From sequence record MZ956761.1: a stretch of 64,000 nt of DNA. One strand, given 5' to 3'. A program made the position numbers and the translations under genes. The DNA is from a phage. The notes under the pieces were generated by a model. The model did no database searches and was not told the DNA's origin. It was given only the letters and a program-made list of their open reading frames with translations. Numbering within the stretch: position 1 is the first letter of the stretch; each line of letters begins with the position of its first letter. Positions 20,332-31,125 of this stretch are shown in pieces.

Positions 20332-22428
20332 ATGATGGAACTCATTACAGAATTATTTGACGAAGATACTACTCTTCCGATTACAAACTTAAACCCAAAG
20401 AAGAAAATACCACAAATTTTTTCAGTTCATGTTGATGATGCAATTGAACAACCAGGCTTTCGTTTATGTACCTATACATCTGGAGGTGATACTAATCGCG
20501 ATTTAAAGATGGGCGATAAAATGATGCATATTGTTCCTTTTACATTAACTGCTAAAGGTTCAATTGCTAAATTAAAAGGTCTCGGTCCAAGCCCAATTAA
20601 CTACATCAATTCAGTTTTTACCGTTGCAATGCAGACGATGCGTCAGTATAAAATTGATGCCTGTATGCTCCGTATTCTTAAGTCTAAAACTGCTGGTCAA
20701 GCTCGACAAATTCAAGTTATTGCTGATAGACTTATCCGTAGTCGTTCAGGTGGCAGATACGTCCTTCTTAAGGAACTCTGGGATTACGATAAAAAGTATG
20801 CATATATTCTTATACATCGCAAAAATGTATCACTAGAAGACATTCCAGGAGTTCCGGAAATTAGTACCGAGCTCTTTACTAAAGTTGAATCGAAGGTCGG
20901 TGATGTTTATATCAATAAAGATACCGGAGCTCAAGTAACTAAAAATGAGGCAATTGCAGCATCTATTGCGCAAGAAAACGATAAACGTTCTGACCAAGCT
21001 GTAATCGTTAAAGTTAAAATTTCCCGTAGAGCAATTGCACAAAGTCAATCATTAGAATCTTCTAGATTTGAAAGTGAATTATTCCAGAAGTATGAATCTA
21101 CCGCAGCTAATTTCAATAAACCTGCTACCGCTCCTTTAATTCCCGAAGCAGAAGAAATGAAACTTGGAATTAATTCAATAGCTTCTAAAACTAAGGCAGC
21201 AAAAATCATTGCCGAAGGAACTGCAGATGAACTTCACTATGATTATAAATTCTTTTCAAAAAGTGAGGTTAATGAAGTTTCTGAAAAGATAAAAGATGTA
21301 ATTCTTAATGCGATTAAAAATGAACCAACTACTTCAATAAAATGTTTAGAGAAATACGCAGCAGCTGTTAATCAACTCTTTGAAGAATATAAAGATAATT
21401 GGCTTGATAAACATAATAAAACTCGTAAAGGGCAGCCAGATGAAGTCTGGGAAGAAATGACTAAAAATTCCTGGAACGCAGCAAAAACTAAATTCCTCAA
21501 AAGAATGATTTATAGTTTTTCTGGAATTGGTGCAGGTCCAATGATTGATATTACTATTGCCCGTGATGGTTCTAAATATACTCCATCACAAAAGCGCGGC
21601 ATTAGAGAGTATTGTGGTTCAGGATATACAGACATTAATAATCTTCTTTTAGGTCGTTACAATCCAGAACGGTATGAAATAATGAGTGAAAAAGAAATTG
21701 AATCTGCTATAAATAATTTAGATTCAGCTTTTGAAAATGGCGACCGTATACCGGAAGGCATTACAGTTTATCGTGCTCAAAGTATGACTGCTCCTATATA
21801 CGAAGCACTAGTTAAAAATAAAGTGTTCTATTTCAGAAATTTTGTATCTACTTCTTTAACTCCTATCATTTTTGGACGTTTTGGAATTACACATGCTGGT
21901 ATTGGTCTTTTAGAACCAGAAGCTCGTAACGAATTAACAGTTGATAAAAATGAAGAAGGAATAACTATTAATCCAAACGAAATAAGAGCGTATAAAGAAA
22001 ATCCTGAATACGTTAAAGTTCAAATAGGATGGGCAATTGATGGAGCTCATAAAGTTAATGTTGTATATCCAGGAAGTCTCGGAATAGCAACAGAAGCTGA
22101 AGTTATTCTACCGCGCGGATTGATGGTCAAAGTTAATAAAATAACTGATGCTTCTAATAATGACGGAACAACATCTAATAATACAAAACTCATTCAAGCT
22201 GAAGTTATGACCACAGAAGAACTCACCGAATCGGTAATCTATGACGGAGACCGTTTAATGGAAACCGGCGAAGTAGTTGCAATGACTGGTGATATTGAAA
22301 TAGAAGATAGAGTTGACTTTGCATCATTTGTTTCATCAAATGTTAAACAGAAAGTAGAATCATCTCTTGGAATTATTGCGTCTTGCATAGATATTACAAA
22401 CATGCCTTACAAGTTCGTTCAAGGATAA
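20332..22428 (+). CDS. alt: Alt-family NAD-protein ADP-ribosyltransferase (packaged internal head protein), paralog 1
   Basis: 698 aa; N-terminus MELITELFDE...; C-terminal domain carries R (VYRAQ), STS (FVSTSL) and E-x-E (TEAEVILPRG) motifs. Confidence 0.85.
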   Translation: MMELITELFDEDTTLPITNLNPKKKIPQIFSVHVDDAIEQPGFRLCTYTSGGDTNRDLKMGDKMMHIVPFTLTAKGSIAKLKGLGPSPINYINSVFTVAMQTMRQYKIDACMLRILKSKTAGQARQIQVIADRLIRSRSGGRYVLLKELWDYDKKYAYILIHRKNVSLEDIPGVPEISTELFTKVESKVGDVYINKDTGAQVTKNEAIAASIAQENDKRSDQAVIVKVKISRRAIAQSQSLESSRFESELFQKYESTAANFNKPATAPLIPEAEEMKLGINSIASKTKAAKIIAEGTADELHYDYKFFSKSEVNEVSEKIKDVILNAIKNEPTTSIKCLEKYAAAVNQLFEEYKDNWLDKHNKTRKGQPDEVWEEMTKNSWNAAKTKFLKRMIYSFSGIGAGPMIDITIARDGSKYTPSQKRGIREYCGSGYTDINNLLLGRYNPERYEIMSEKEIESAINNLDSAFENGDRIPEGITVYRAQSMTAPIYEALVKNKVFYFRNFVSTSLTPIIFGRFGITHAGIGLLEPEARNELTVDKNEEGITINPNEIRAYKENPEYVKVQIGWAIDGAHKVNVVYPGSLGIATEAEVILPRGLMVKVNKITDASNNDGTTSNNTKLIQAEVMTTEELTESVIYDGDRLMETGEVVAMTGDIEIEDRVDFASFVSSNVKQKVESSLGIIASCIDITNMPYKFVQG

Positions 22429-22431
22429 ATC

Positions 22432-24489
22432 ATGGAACTTATTACAGAATTATTTGACGGCGCTTCGGCGCCGGTTGTTAACTTAAATCCTAAGCATAAA
22501 ATACCTCAAATTTTTGCTATTCAAGCCGGTGAAGAAAGTGTTCTCCCTGGATTTAGATTTTGTACATACACCTCTGGTGGTGATACAAATAAAAACGTTA
22601 AGCCAGGCGATAAAATGATGCATATCGTAATGATAGGTGTCAATGAGAAACTATCATTAGTTAAGCTTAAAAACTTGGGTGGAAATCCAATTGGTGTCAT
22701 TAATGCCGTTTTTGATACTGCTCTTCAAACAATGAAACAGTATAAAATCGACGCATGCCTATTCCGCGTACTAAAAAGTAAAACAAATGGCGCAGCTCGT
22801 CAAATGCAAGTTATTGCTGACCGTTTAGTACGTACTAAGGGAGCAGGTCGATATGTTCTTTTAAAGGAAATCTGGGACTATGATAAAAAATATGCATATA
22901 TTATGGTTTACCGTAAAAATGCCAATTTAGAAGACATTCCAGGTGTACCTCCTATTTCAACTGAGTTATTCACAAAAGTTGAATCAAAGGTTGGTGATGT
23001 TTATGTAGATGTTAAAACAGGTAATGCTGTTCCTAAAGCTGTTGCTGTTGCTGCTTCTATTGCTTTAGAAAATGATAAGCGCACGGATCAAGCTGTTATT
23101 CAGAAAACTAAAATTAGTCGTCGATTAGCAGCACAAGCTCAATATTCTACTGTTGATGCTTCACTTCAGGGTGATAGCTTCGCCGCTAAGAAATATCAAG
23201 AGTTTGAATCTAAAGTTCCGGTATATAAAGCAGAAGGACCAATGAACTCTGGCGTTATTCAGATTGGTTCCAACTTCGGCAAAGGAGCTATCGGTGGTAT
23301 GAGAAGTGCTTCTCGTTTTAAATCTAACGATTATGAACTAGAAAGCTTTCGAAATCATATTGCATTGGCCCATGCACGTTTACGTGATCCGTCTATCAGA
23401 CTGCAGAGCGATATAACACATCAAGGTTCTCAAGAATATTTAAAGAATAAAGAATTTTTTGATTATAAAACCGATAAAATTTTGAGCGATCTCGCTGACA
23501 TTAATATTTCTAATAGCTTTGATGTTATTAAGAAAATTATCAATGATTTAGTTAAAGGTTCTAAAGCCACGCCAGACGAAAAGGTAGCTATTATTCAATT
23601 TGTCATGAATAGCATTTATAAATTGATTAATGAATCTGCTGCCCAGGCATATGAATACGCAAGCACCGAAGTAACTCCAAAAGGACTGACTCAGGCTGAA
23701 TCTGATGTAATTGAAGATTATTGTGCAGATTCATATGTTGAAATGAACTCGTTCCTTTTGGGTAAACCAGATTCTACCCGTGAAGAATACATGGAACGAG
23801 CTATTAAACACATCGAGACGTTGGATTCTGCATTCGCCAAAGGATCAGTTCTTCCTCCAGGAACTACGCTTTATCGTGGACAAGAAGTTACTTTTAAAAC
23901 TTTACGCCATAATATTGAAAATAAAATGTTCTATTTCAAGAACTTCGTATCAACATCGCTTAAACCAAATATCTTCGGTGAGCATGGTAAAAACTATATG
24001 GCTCTAGATGATTCTGGCGCAGTATTTTCTGGCGAAGGAGAAGGTTCTGTTGATGCAGAAGATTTGATGCATATGGGTAGTCATTCTACATATGCCAATG
24101 AAGATGCTGAAACTAGCGTAGGTATGGTAATTAAAGGGGCTGAGCGAATCAAAGTTATCGTTCCAGGTCATTTATCAGGATTTCCATCAGAAGCTGAAGT
24201 TATTCTACCACGTGGAATTTTGTTGAAGATTAATAAAGTAAGCACGTACATGATGAAAGAAACTGCTTATAACAAGTATCTAATCGAAGGTACAATCGTT
24301 CCTCCTTCTGAACAATTAGAAGAATCAGTATATGATGGAGACCATCTAATGGAAACTGGTGAAGTTCGTCCAATGGCTGGATTTAATCAATTCCTTGTAG
24401 AAGAATCAAAAGAAGAGGAAAACGAAGTTTCTCAAATCTTGGCTTCTTTGGTTAACATCAACGGAATGTCTAAAAAGTTCAAGATGTAG
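22432..24489 (+). CDS. Alt-family ADP-ribosyltransferase, paralog 2
   Basis: 685 aa; N-terminal about 230 aa closely similar to paralog 1, divergent middle region, R (LYRGQ), STS (FVSTSL) and E-x-E (SEAEVILPRG) motifs retained. Confidence 0.85.
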   Translation: MELITELFDGASAPVVNLNPKHKIPQIFAIQAGEESVLPGFRFCTYTSGGDTNKNVKPGDKMMHIVMIGVNEKLSLVKLKNLGGNPIGVINAVFDTALQTMKQYKIDACLFRVLKSKTNGAARQMQVIADRLVRTKGAGRYVLLKEIWDYDKKYAYIMVYRKNANLEDIPGVPPISTELFTKVESKVGDVYVDVKTGNAVPKAVAVAASIALENDKRTDQAVIQKTKISRRLAAQAQYSTVDASLQGDSFAAKKYQEFESKVPVYKAEGPMNSGVIQIGSNFGKGAIGGMRSASRFKSNDYELESFRNHIALAHARLRDPSIRLQSDITHQGSQEYLKNKEFFDYKTDKILSDLADINISNSFDVIKKIINDLVKGSKATPDEKVAIIQFVMNSIYKLINESAAQAYEYASTEVTPKGLTQAESDVIEDYCADSYVEMNSFLLGKPDSTREEYMERAIKHIETLDSAFAKGSVLPPGTTLYRGQEVTFKTLRHNIENKMFYFKNFVSTSLKPNIFGEHGKNYMALDDSGAVFSGEGEGSVDAEDLMHMGSHSTYANEDAETSVGMVIKGAERIKVIVPGHLSGFPSEAEVILPRGILLKINKVSTYMMKETAYNKYLIEGTIVPPSEQLEESVYDGDHLMETGEVRPMAGFNQFLVEESKEEENEVSQILASLVNINGMSKKFKM

Positions 24490-24542
24490 TTTACAAGTCC
24501 CTCGTGTTGTGTTATAGTAGTCTTACTGACATAACATGAGGA
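24489..24542 (+). promoter_or_regulatory. Early promoter/5'UTR cassette, copy 2 (54 bp, identical to 9236-9289)
   Basis: Exact 54-nt identity with the cassette upstream of alc; begins at the last base of the alt paralog 2 stop codon. Confidence 0.7.
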
Positions 24543-24549
24543 ACACAAA

Positions 24550-24840
24550 ATGAAATCTTCTTTACGCTTTTTAGGTCAAGAACTTGTAGTTGAAGGCGTT
24601 ATTCCTGCTGATAACGCTTTTAATGAAGCAGTTTACGATGAATTTATCAAAATTTTTGGAACAGATAAAAAGTTCGGAATTTTTCCTTCTGAAAATTTTT
24701 CAAAGCCAGAACAGACTGAAAGCATTTTCCAAGGTGTAGTAACAGGTAAATTTGAGTCAGAAGCTCCGGTAAAAATTGAAGTTTATATTGAAGACAGTTT
24801 AGTTGCTTCAGTTGCTGCTTTTATTTCATTCCGTAAATAA
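24550..24840 (+). CDS. Hypothetical protein (96 aa)
   Basis: ATG with GAGGA RBS supplied by the repeated cassette; followed by bidirectional terminator. Confidence 0.55.
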   Translation: MKSSLRFLGQELVVEGVIPADNAFNEAVYDEFIKIFGTDKKFGIFPSENFSKPEQTESIFQGVVTGKFESEAPVKIEVYIEDSLVASVAAFISFRK

Positions 24841-24846
24841 AAATAT

Positions 24847-24864
24847 GGGGACCGAAAGGTCCCC
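24847..24864. terminator. Bidirectional terminator hairpin between convergent genes
   Basis: GGGGACC-GAAA-GGTCCCC; A/T-rich flanks on both sides. Confidence 0.65.
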
Positions 24865-24868
24865 ATTG

Positions 24869-25834
24869 TTATATTGCTCCTAATATTTTACTCTGCGAAT
24901 TAACAATCCCTGTCATAGTATTAATGTTTGAAATGCTTCCTGCAGTTCCACCTAATCTACTGAGTCGTGAAAGCGAATTAGATAGTCCAGTAACACCTCC
25001 ACTATTTCCGAGAACGCTTTGAATACCATTTATAGCAGCAGATTCAAGCCATTCAAGCGCAGCTTGCCTATCAACCGCTCCAGCCTGCATCACTCTGTAC
25101 GCAAAAGTAACATCAAATGTAGTTATTTGGTTATCTCCATCATATGATAACTCAGGAGCGCTCACTGATATTGGAATGCATCCGGTGAACATCACCGCAG
25201 TATGAGGCAATCCATTACGAGAATGAAGATTAACCTGAATATCTGCCTCGACATCTTGCGGCAAAGCACGTAATCCAGTTACTGGGTCTTGAACAGAGTT
25301 AACCCAGTCTTGCATTGCACGATAGTTACAAGCTTCTGAGTCCATTCTAAATGAAATAACCAAAGGGTCTAATTCTCTCCCAGTTATACGAATATTAGGA
25401 GAATTATAGTTCCAGTCAGTTTCATATGATAATCTATTCTCTGGCATTTTTACAGAGTATATCATCAATCCAGATGAGTTATATGCCATGTTAAAGAAGT
25501 CAATTAAATATGTACCAACTGTAAATGAGCCCAATAAACTTTGAACTGTACGTTGACTCATGGCACCAATAAGATATTTACTAACCCCTGATTTTCTTAT
25601 CAGTTTTTGTGTGCCAGCTGTAATTAGCGTGGTAATTCCCTGATTAATATCACCTTGAGTTAATCCTAGCCAATCTGAATTTAGGCCCAAGTTATTATAA
25701 GAAAAGTTGCTAATTGAACTTATCAACGAAGAGCTTTTAGTTGATGGAGTTGTTGCAAAAACGCAGCTAAACATATTATTACGTTGGAAATCTGCGTTTA
25801 TTGCTTGATTATTAAATTCCTCTAAAGAATACAT
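24869..25834 (-). CDS. 54: Baseplate tail tube initiator
   Basis: 321 aa; position and length as T4 gp54; TAATG overlap with gene 48. Confidence 0.9.
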   Translation of the reverse strand: MYSLEEFNNQAINADFQRNNMFSCVFATTPSTKSSSLISSISNFSYNNLGLNSDWLGLTQGDINQGITTLITAGTQKLIRKSGVSKYLIGAMSQRTVQSLLGSFTVGTYLIDFFNMAYNSSGLMIYSVKMPENRLSYETDWNYNSPNIRITGRELDPLVISFRMDSEACNYRAMQDWVNSVQDPVTGLRALPQDVEADIQVNLHSRNGLPHTAVMFTGCIPISVSAPELSYDGDNQITTFDVTFAYRVMQAGAVDRQAALEWLESAAINGIQSVLGNSGGVTGLSNSLSRLSRLGGTAGSISNINTMTGIVNSQSKILGAI

Positions 25835-26928
25835 TAAAAAGTCCCCGCATATAAAGAAGCACGGTTTAACGTGATAATTTCTCTCATAGTAATCTCAAGA
25901 GTAAATGTACTAGGGAGGTTTGGAGCAATAGCTAATCCGTTAAAGTTACCATTAGGTGTTTTATCAAATCTGATGCTCTGTATTTGACATGGGCCAAATA
26001 TTTCCGTTTTTCCATCAAACTTAGATGTTGCACCAAAGTTTTTCACCATCCAAATTGTCGGGTTTGAAACTACTAGAACGTTAGTTAAACTCGATGTCAT
26101 TTTCTCAAATAGTGTTTTATTTTTAGCTGCGTCTTCCGGAGATAAAGGTTCAATTAACGTAGAACGATACCAATCATCTAAATACCCCTTTATTTCAGCA
26201 GCATATTGAGATTTACCCGTTTCACCATAAGAAAAATAGTTAAAATATTGATAGATATTAATAATAGCCATTAAATCTTCTGTTGAACGTGGCGTCAAAT
26301 CCCATGTAAACACTTTAGTTCTATTCTCAGCACCGCCATACATACTTCTGGCTGTCGTATAAATCTGTTCATTATTATCAGCCATTATACCTTGCGTTAT
26401 ACTTTCCAGTGCCCCAAATACTGCAGTTGAAGCAATATTACTTAACACACCAGTAGCAGTACCTCCGCCTCTGCTGATAAGACTTTCTTGAACATCATTA
26501 AATCTATGTGATGACGTATCAACGTCAGATTTAGATCTCGGTAAAAGAATGTTTGCGACAGGAGCTTTACTTATTGTTCCTGAATTATTGTTTGATATTA
26601 ATCCATTTGATAGTTTTGATACTGTACTACTAATAGTGTTTCTAGCTGTACTTAAAATACTCGAAGATGAAGAAGAGTAGTTAGATCTCATCGATCTAAG
26701 ACTTCCAGAATCCCTAGATGACATATTGTATGCAGTAAATAATAATCCATTCTTATATAGATCTGTTACCTGGAAGTCCCCTGTAGTGTCATTACCACTA
26801 GCACGCCCAGTTGGAAACTGGGCAGTGTATGTTTTAGTTGCTACTTCTGATTTAGTACTCTGTCCGGCTGAAATTTTCTCACCGGACTTTTTAATTAAAT
26901 CAGCAGTTATTTCTTTAACAATTGCCAT
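25834..26928 (-). CDS. 48: Baseplate tail tube cap/junction protein
   Basis: 364 aa MAIVKEITADLIKK...; length as T4 gp48. Confidence 0.9.
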   Translation of the reverse strand: MAIVKEITADLIKKSGEKISAGQSTKSEVATKTYTAQFPTGRASGNDTTGDFQVTDLYKNGLLFTAYNMSSRDSGSLRSMRSNYSSSSSSILSTARNTISSTVSKLSNGLISNNNSGTISKAPVANILLPRSKSDVDTSSHRFNDVQESLISRGGGTATGVLSNIASTAVFGALESITQGIMADNNEQIYTTARSMYGGAENRTKVFTWDLTPRSTEDLMAIINIYQYFNYFSYGETGKSQYAAEIKGYLDDWYRSTLIEPLSPEDAAKNKTLFEKMTSSLTNVLVVSNPTIWMVKNFGATSKFDGKTEIFGPCQIQSIRFDKTPNGNFNGLAIAPNLPSTFTLEITMREIITLNRASLYAGTF

Positions 26929-26936
26929 ATTATTCC

Positions 26937-28709
26937 TTAATTAACTCCAGTCGCATCAAATACACCAGGAGCAGTCGTGCTCGTTACAGGTGTCATATTA
27001 TGAACGACAGTATTTTTCTTAATAACATTATTAGTATTATTGATCGAAGGAGATGCTTGTTGAACAGGAGCTTGCTGTGCTTTGTTCTTTTCTATTACCT
27101 GGACTTGTTTTGCTTCCGGTGATTTAGCAGAAGTTTCAGGTTTGGCATTAGGCTGATTTTTCTTGAGCTCTTGATAAGTAGCATCAATTTTAGAAAATCT
27201 AGCAGCAAGTTCTTTTTTAACTGCCGGTGAATTATTTAAATCCGGGTCATCCATTCGTTTTTTAAGGTCTTCATAGGCAGCTTCAACTGATTTAACCGTT
27301 GAGTCTTTACTCATATCAGCCGAATCAGCGTATTTTTCAAAACGAATCATCGCGGCACGAGCTTCATTAGCTTTCATTAAAGCATTTTTTCTTTCTTCTG
27401 GTGAAAGTTGCTTTAATTTTTCTTCTTCTGCTGCGCGTTCTTCATCGGTTGTCAATGCTTCTTTATTATCAACACCACGAATCCAGTTAGATGCACGGGT
27501 TTTCCAATTAGCAATTTTATCTAATCCTTTTGCTATTGGACCAAGATCGTCATTCATTCGTTTATCTTGATAATTTGCTACTTTTTCCTGGTCTTCTTTA
27601 TTGAGAGATGCTCCAGTAGAATTTTGGAAATTTTCTAGTGCTCTTCCTTCTACTTCATCAGCGGTATCCTTCATGCCAGGAATGACTCGAAGAATTGCAG
27701 CAGATAATTTAGCCATTCCAAGCTGAATAAGTTCTCCTAAATTATAAAGAACCTTTCCAAGCCCTTCTACAATAGCTACCGTCAAACCGCCCCAATCTCC
27801 CTCTTCCCAGAATTTTTTAATTTCATCAATAGAACTAAAGATGCTCTGTAATAAAGGACCCCATGTTCCCGTTTCACTAGAGAATTTAGTAAAGTCTGTA
27901 CTAAATAAATCCCATGCCTGTGAAAATTTATCTGACCAATATTTGAAATGAACCATCAACAGGTCTATTCCAACAACAACAGCCAATATCATTGCAGTCA
28001 TTTTAGCGGCTTCAATAGCAGCACTGACAGTATACTTAAATAGCATGCTTGATATTTTATCAGTAATTGAAATGGATTTCTTAAATCCGAAATCAACAGT
28101 CTTTGTTAATTTATCTAAAGCTTGAGATAATTTTAAGTTAAATGCTTCTTTTTTCTGTTTTTCTTCTGGCGATTCTTGTTTGGGTTCAACTGGTTGAGGG
28201 GTAGGGAAAAAATCAGCATCAGGATCATTATTAACTGCTTCAGGAGCTGGTAATAAAGGACCCACAGATTCAGCTGTATCGTCCTCAACAACTTTAACAG
28301 GAATAGCGCTTTCAACCGTAGCTAAACTAGTTCCTGTTTGTTGAATTCCGGCTGTCTGGATTTTTTGCTCGAGTAAACTCGTTAATTTATCTAATTTACT
28401 TCCGAGCGATTCACCGATTTCTTTATTAATATTATTGCCAATTTCGACAGTTTCAGCAATTAACTCAGAACCAGCAGTAGTATCACTCACTGCGCTTTCT
28501 ACATTGTCAATTGCTCCAATTATTTCATTCGATTTTTCTTCGACAGTTTGAGCAATTAATTCAGAAGCAGCTTGAGCATCATCCAATTTCGTAGATATAT
28601 CGTTAAGTCCAGATAGAGTATTGGAAGCGGATTTAGCCGCTTCCTGTGTTGGTTTATTATCTGAAATAACTTTTCTACGCATCGTTTGCATTTCTTGTGG
28701 CTTTTTCAT
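26937..28709 (-). CDS. 29: Tail tube length determinant (tape measure) / baseplate hub subunit
   Basis: 590 aa; length and synteny as T4 gp29. Confidence 0.9.
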   Translation of the reverse strand: MKKPQEMQTMRRKVISDNKPTQEAAKSASNTLSGLNDISTKLDDAQAASELIAQTVEEKSNEIIGAIDNVESAVSDTTAGSELIAETVEIGNNINKEIGESLGSKLDKLTSLLEQKIQTAGIQQTGTSLATVESAIPVKVVEDDTAESVGPLLPAPEAVNNDPDADFFPTPQPVEPKQESPEEKQKKEAFNLKLSQALDKLTKTVDFGFKKSISITDKISSMLFKYTVSAAIEAAKMTAMILAVVVGIDLLMVHFKYWSDKFSQAWDLFSTDFTKFSSETGTWGPLLQSIFSSIDEIKKFWEEGDWGGLTVAIVEGLGKVLYNLGELIQLGMAKLSAAILRVIPGMKDTADEVEGRALENFQNSTGASLNKEDQEKVANYQDKRMNDDLGPIAKGLDKIANWKTRASNWIRGVDNKEALTTDEERAAEEEKLKQLSPEERKNALMKANEARAAMIRFEKYADSADMSKDSTVKSVEAAYEDLKKRMDDPDLNNSPAVKKELAARFSKIDATYQELKKNQPNAKPETSAKSPEAKQVQVIEKNKAQQAPVQQASPSINNTNNVIKKNTVVHNMTPVTSTTAPGVFDATGVN

Positions 28710-29239
28710 TCAAATAATCCAATAATATTACCAATTCCAGTTATTGGACCATTAGGGCCAGGAATTGCTAAAGTTGTAAAAATATCATTTGCCCATTTTA
28801 AAACGAATGCTGGCATCTCAAGAAAATTAATTTCTTTAACTTCATCATTGACCTTAAGCAAGCATTTGGATAACATATCGCTCACTGTTAAAAATTGTTC
28901 AAATTTTCCAGGAGGTCTAAAATAAAATGTATTTCCTTGGTATTGAAATTCTAATCTTTGGCACACATAAACATCATTAATGTCATAAGTATAACCATTT
29001 ATTTCTTTACGAGATTTAATCTTTCCATTAAATTCCAATAAATGAATAGAAACAAAATCAACTTCTGCTGGTGATAAATTCGGACAAATAGAATCAATAA
29101 GAAGTTTTAAATTTTCATCAGGACCTTTAACATCTTTTAAAATGTTATAATGTTTAAGACCCATTTTAGGAATAGAAACTTCTTTATTGCTTATTGGAAG
29201 AACTACTTTCTTCAGTGGTAGTATCAGATTTAAATTCAT
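28706..29239 (-). CDS. 28: Baseplate distal hub subunit
   Basis: 177 aa; overlaps gene 27 3' end by 56 nt. Confidence 0.85.
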   Translation of the reverse strand: MNLNLILPLKKVVLPISNKEVSIPKMGLKHYNILKDVKGPDENLKLLIDSICPNLSPAEVDFVSIHLLEFNGKIKSRKEINGYTYDINDVYVCQRLEFQYQGNTFYFRPPGKFEQFLTVSDMLSKCLLKVNDEVKEINFLEMPAFVLKWANDIFTTLAIPGPNGPITGIGNIIGLFE

Positions 29240-30359
29240 TTTTAACCTTAACTGGGTCTATTGTTTCCAGTTTCGTTGCATTAGTGAACATATATAGATG
29301 AGTTACTGAATTATTATTGGATAATTCATGGATAACTTCATCAACGTAAAATTCTGTTTTAAATTGGTTTTTACTATCATTAAAAATAATTTTAACGCCA
29401 GGAGTCAAGTTAAAATTACCGACAGTAGAACATTTAGCATAGCCGTCATATTGCGCCATAGTTTGAAGACGAATAGCTTCTTCATAGCCATTCCTATAAG
29501 TCATTTCAGAATAAGCACCTGACCTTGACACTACAATAGAGTTTTCGCCCTTTCCTGTAGTAATCATTGGCAATGAAGAATCTAAAAATGAATGAGCATA
29601 AATAGTAGCATTTTTCATTGGGTCGCGTTTGTGAGGATTCGATTTAGTCAACCAAACGAAATCATATGCTAATGGATATTTTAATTCTTGGATGAATTGA
29701 CCTATTAAAGATGGCTCACCGACAATCATTGGATACGGTTCTTGATTTATCATCATATCATAGTCCATCATGTTAACTCCCATGATGTCTTGCCACACAA
29801 ATACAAATTTGTCACTTCCTACAGCTAGAGCAACTTCCCTGACATACGACAAATAGTTTTCAAATGTGCTAGTCCATGGAATATCAGGAACATAAGCATT
29901 TATAGCATTTATTGCTGGAGTTAATAACGTGCGATCCTGATAAATGACGCCAAGCATTTCCTTTATAGATTCACCTGCATCAGAGAAAAACGGTCTGCCA
30001 AATTTAAGATTTTCTATGGAATGAATAGTTCCCAATTCAATAGCAATGATGTTATCACCTTTTGAATCTACAGATACAGAAAAATGCTTACATCCATAAA
30101 TTCGTGTTTTAACATTATTAATATCGTTTGCATTAGCTACAGAAATCTGAATTATTTCATTTCCATCCATTTTTGTATGGATATTTTTAGAATCATAAAA
30201 CTGCAGCATTCCTTCATTTCGGCCATAAAGAGAATCCCGCATAGTTAATGTGGTAATAGTAGCAGCTAATTCAACAAATCTATTATTACTCCAAGCGTCG
30301 TAGCTATCAAATAATTTAACGCTGAGATTTGGATATCCTGGGCGTTGCAACATACTCAT
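29184..30359 (-). CDS. 27: Baseplate hub subunit
   Basis: 391 aa [18 protein letters not shown]...; length as T4 gp27. Confidence 0.9.
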   Translation of the reverse strand: MSMLQRPGYPNLSVKLFDSYDAWSNNRFVELAATITTLTMRDSLYGRNEGMLQFYDSKNIHTKMDGNEIIQISVANANDINNVKTRIYGCKHFSVSVDSKGDNIIAIELGTIHSIENLKFGRPFFSDAGESIKEMLGVIYQDRTLLTPAINAINAYVPDIPWTSTFENYLSYVREVALAVGSDKFVFVWQDIMGVNMMDYDMMINQEPYPMIVGEPSLIGQFIQELKYPLAYDFVWLTKSNPHKRDPMKNATIYAHSFLDSSLPMITTGKGENSIVVSRSGAYSEMTYRNGYEEAIRLQTMAQYDGYAKCSTVGNFNLTPGVKIIFNDSKNQFKTEFYVDEVIHELSNNNSVTHLYMFTNATKLETIDPVKVKNEFKSDTTTEESSSSNKQ

Positions 30360-31108
30360 TATTGTTTATCCTTCTCAATCAGTTTTAATACGAATCCGCG
30401 CTCAGCAGGAATCATTTTCATTATTGAATTTAAGCTATAATTACTTTTTACGAGCGTGTGATTGATTTGATAAAAAGTAAATATTTCATCTGGGTTAACT
30501 AATAGCTTAAACACATCTACTATATCAGTGTATTTTTTTACATACTTATTACAACATGACATATGCAATGTTAAATTAATAGGATTCATTGCATCGAGAA
30601 TTTTTTCTAATGTTTCTATCTCGATGGCATCAACAAGTTCTATTTGACTCGATTCGCTAATTTCCTTCCAATCATACCATATTTCATCTACTTGAACAGA
30701 ATGAATATTTTCAGTAATCATCTTTGCTTTATTTTCATAAAACTCAGAAGGAAACTTTAATTTAATTTTAACATTAGCTACATCAAAAACAGGTTCCTTT
30801 AATTCTTTTTGATATATTTCAAATGGAACTGTCTTTTCTTTTTTACATTTTGGACACACAAATGTGACCGGTACTTTAGTTTTACCTATTGACCCTACAA
30901 ATACCTGCAAAAATATAAATGGTTGCCAAGTCTTCGGATAGTCTCCAAAATAATCAGCAATTAAATCAGCAATTATTTCTTTTTGTTCTTGTGGTGACCG
31001 ATGTTCTATATCGTTTCGAACTAACAAAAAATCTCGATAATCTTCTACCGTAAATGGTTTAAAACGATGAACACCATCTGGTAATTTACAACGAATAATG
31101 TTTGCCAT
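30359..31108 (-). CDS. 51: Baseplate hub assembly catalyst
   Basis: 249 aa; AAGGAG RBS; late promoter upstream. Confidence 0.85.
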   Translation of the reverse strand: MANIIRCKLPDGVHRFKPFTVEDYRDFLLVRNDIEHRSPQEQKEIIADLIADYFGDYPKTWQPFIFLQVFVGSIGKTKVPVTFVCPKCKKEKTVPFEIYQKELKEPVFDVANVKIKLKFPSEFYENKAKMITENIHSVQVDEIWYDWKEISESSQIELVDAIEIETLEKILDAMNPINLTLHMSCCNKYVKKYTDIVDVFKLLVNPDEIFTFYQINHTLVKSNYSLNSIMKMIPAERGFVLKLIEKDKQ

Positions 31109-31125
31109 AGATGCTCCTTTTATTC

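Noticed and set aside
20624-21048. Internal plus and minus ORFs within the first alt gene (also 23780-24007 in the second)
   Set aside because: Embedded in a long, motif-supported ADP-ribosyltransferase ORF; no independent signals.
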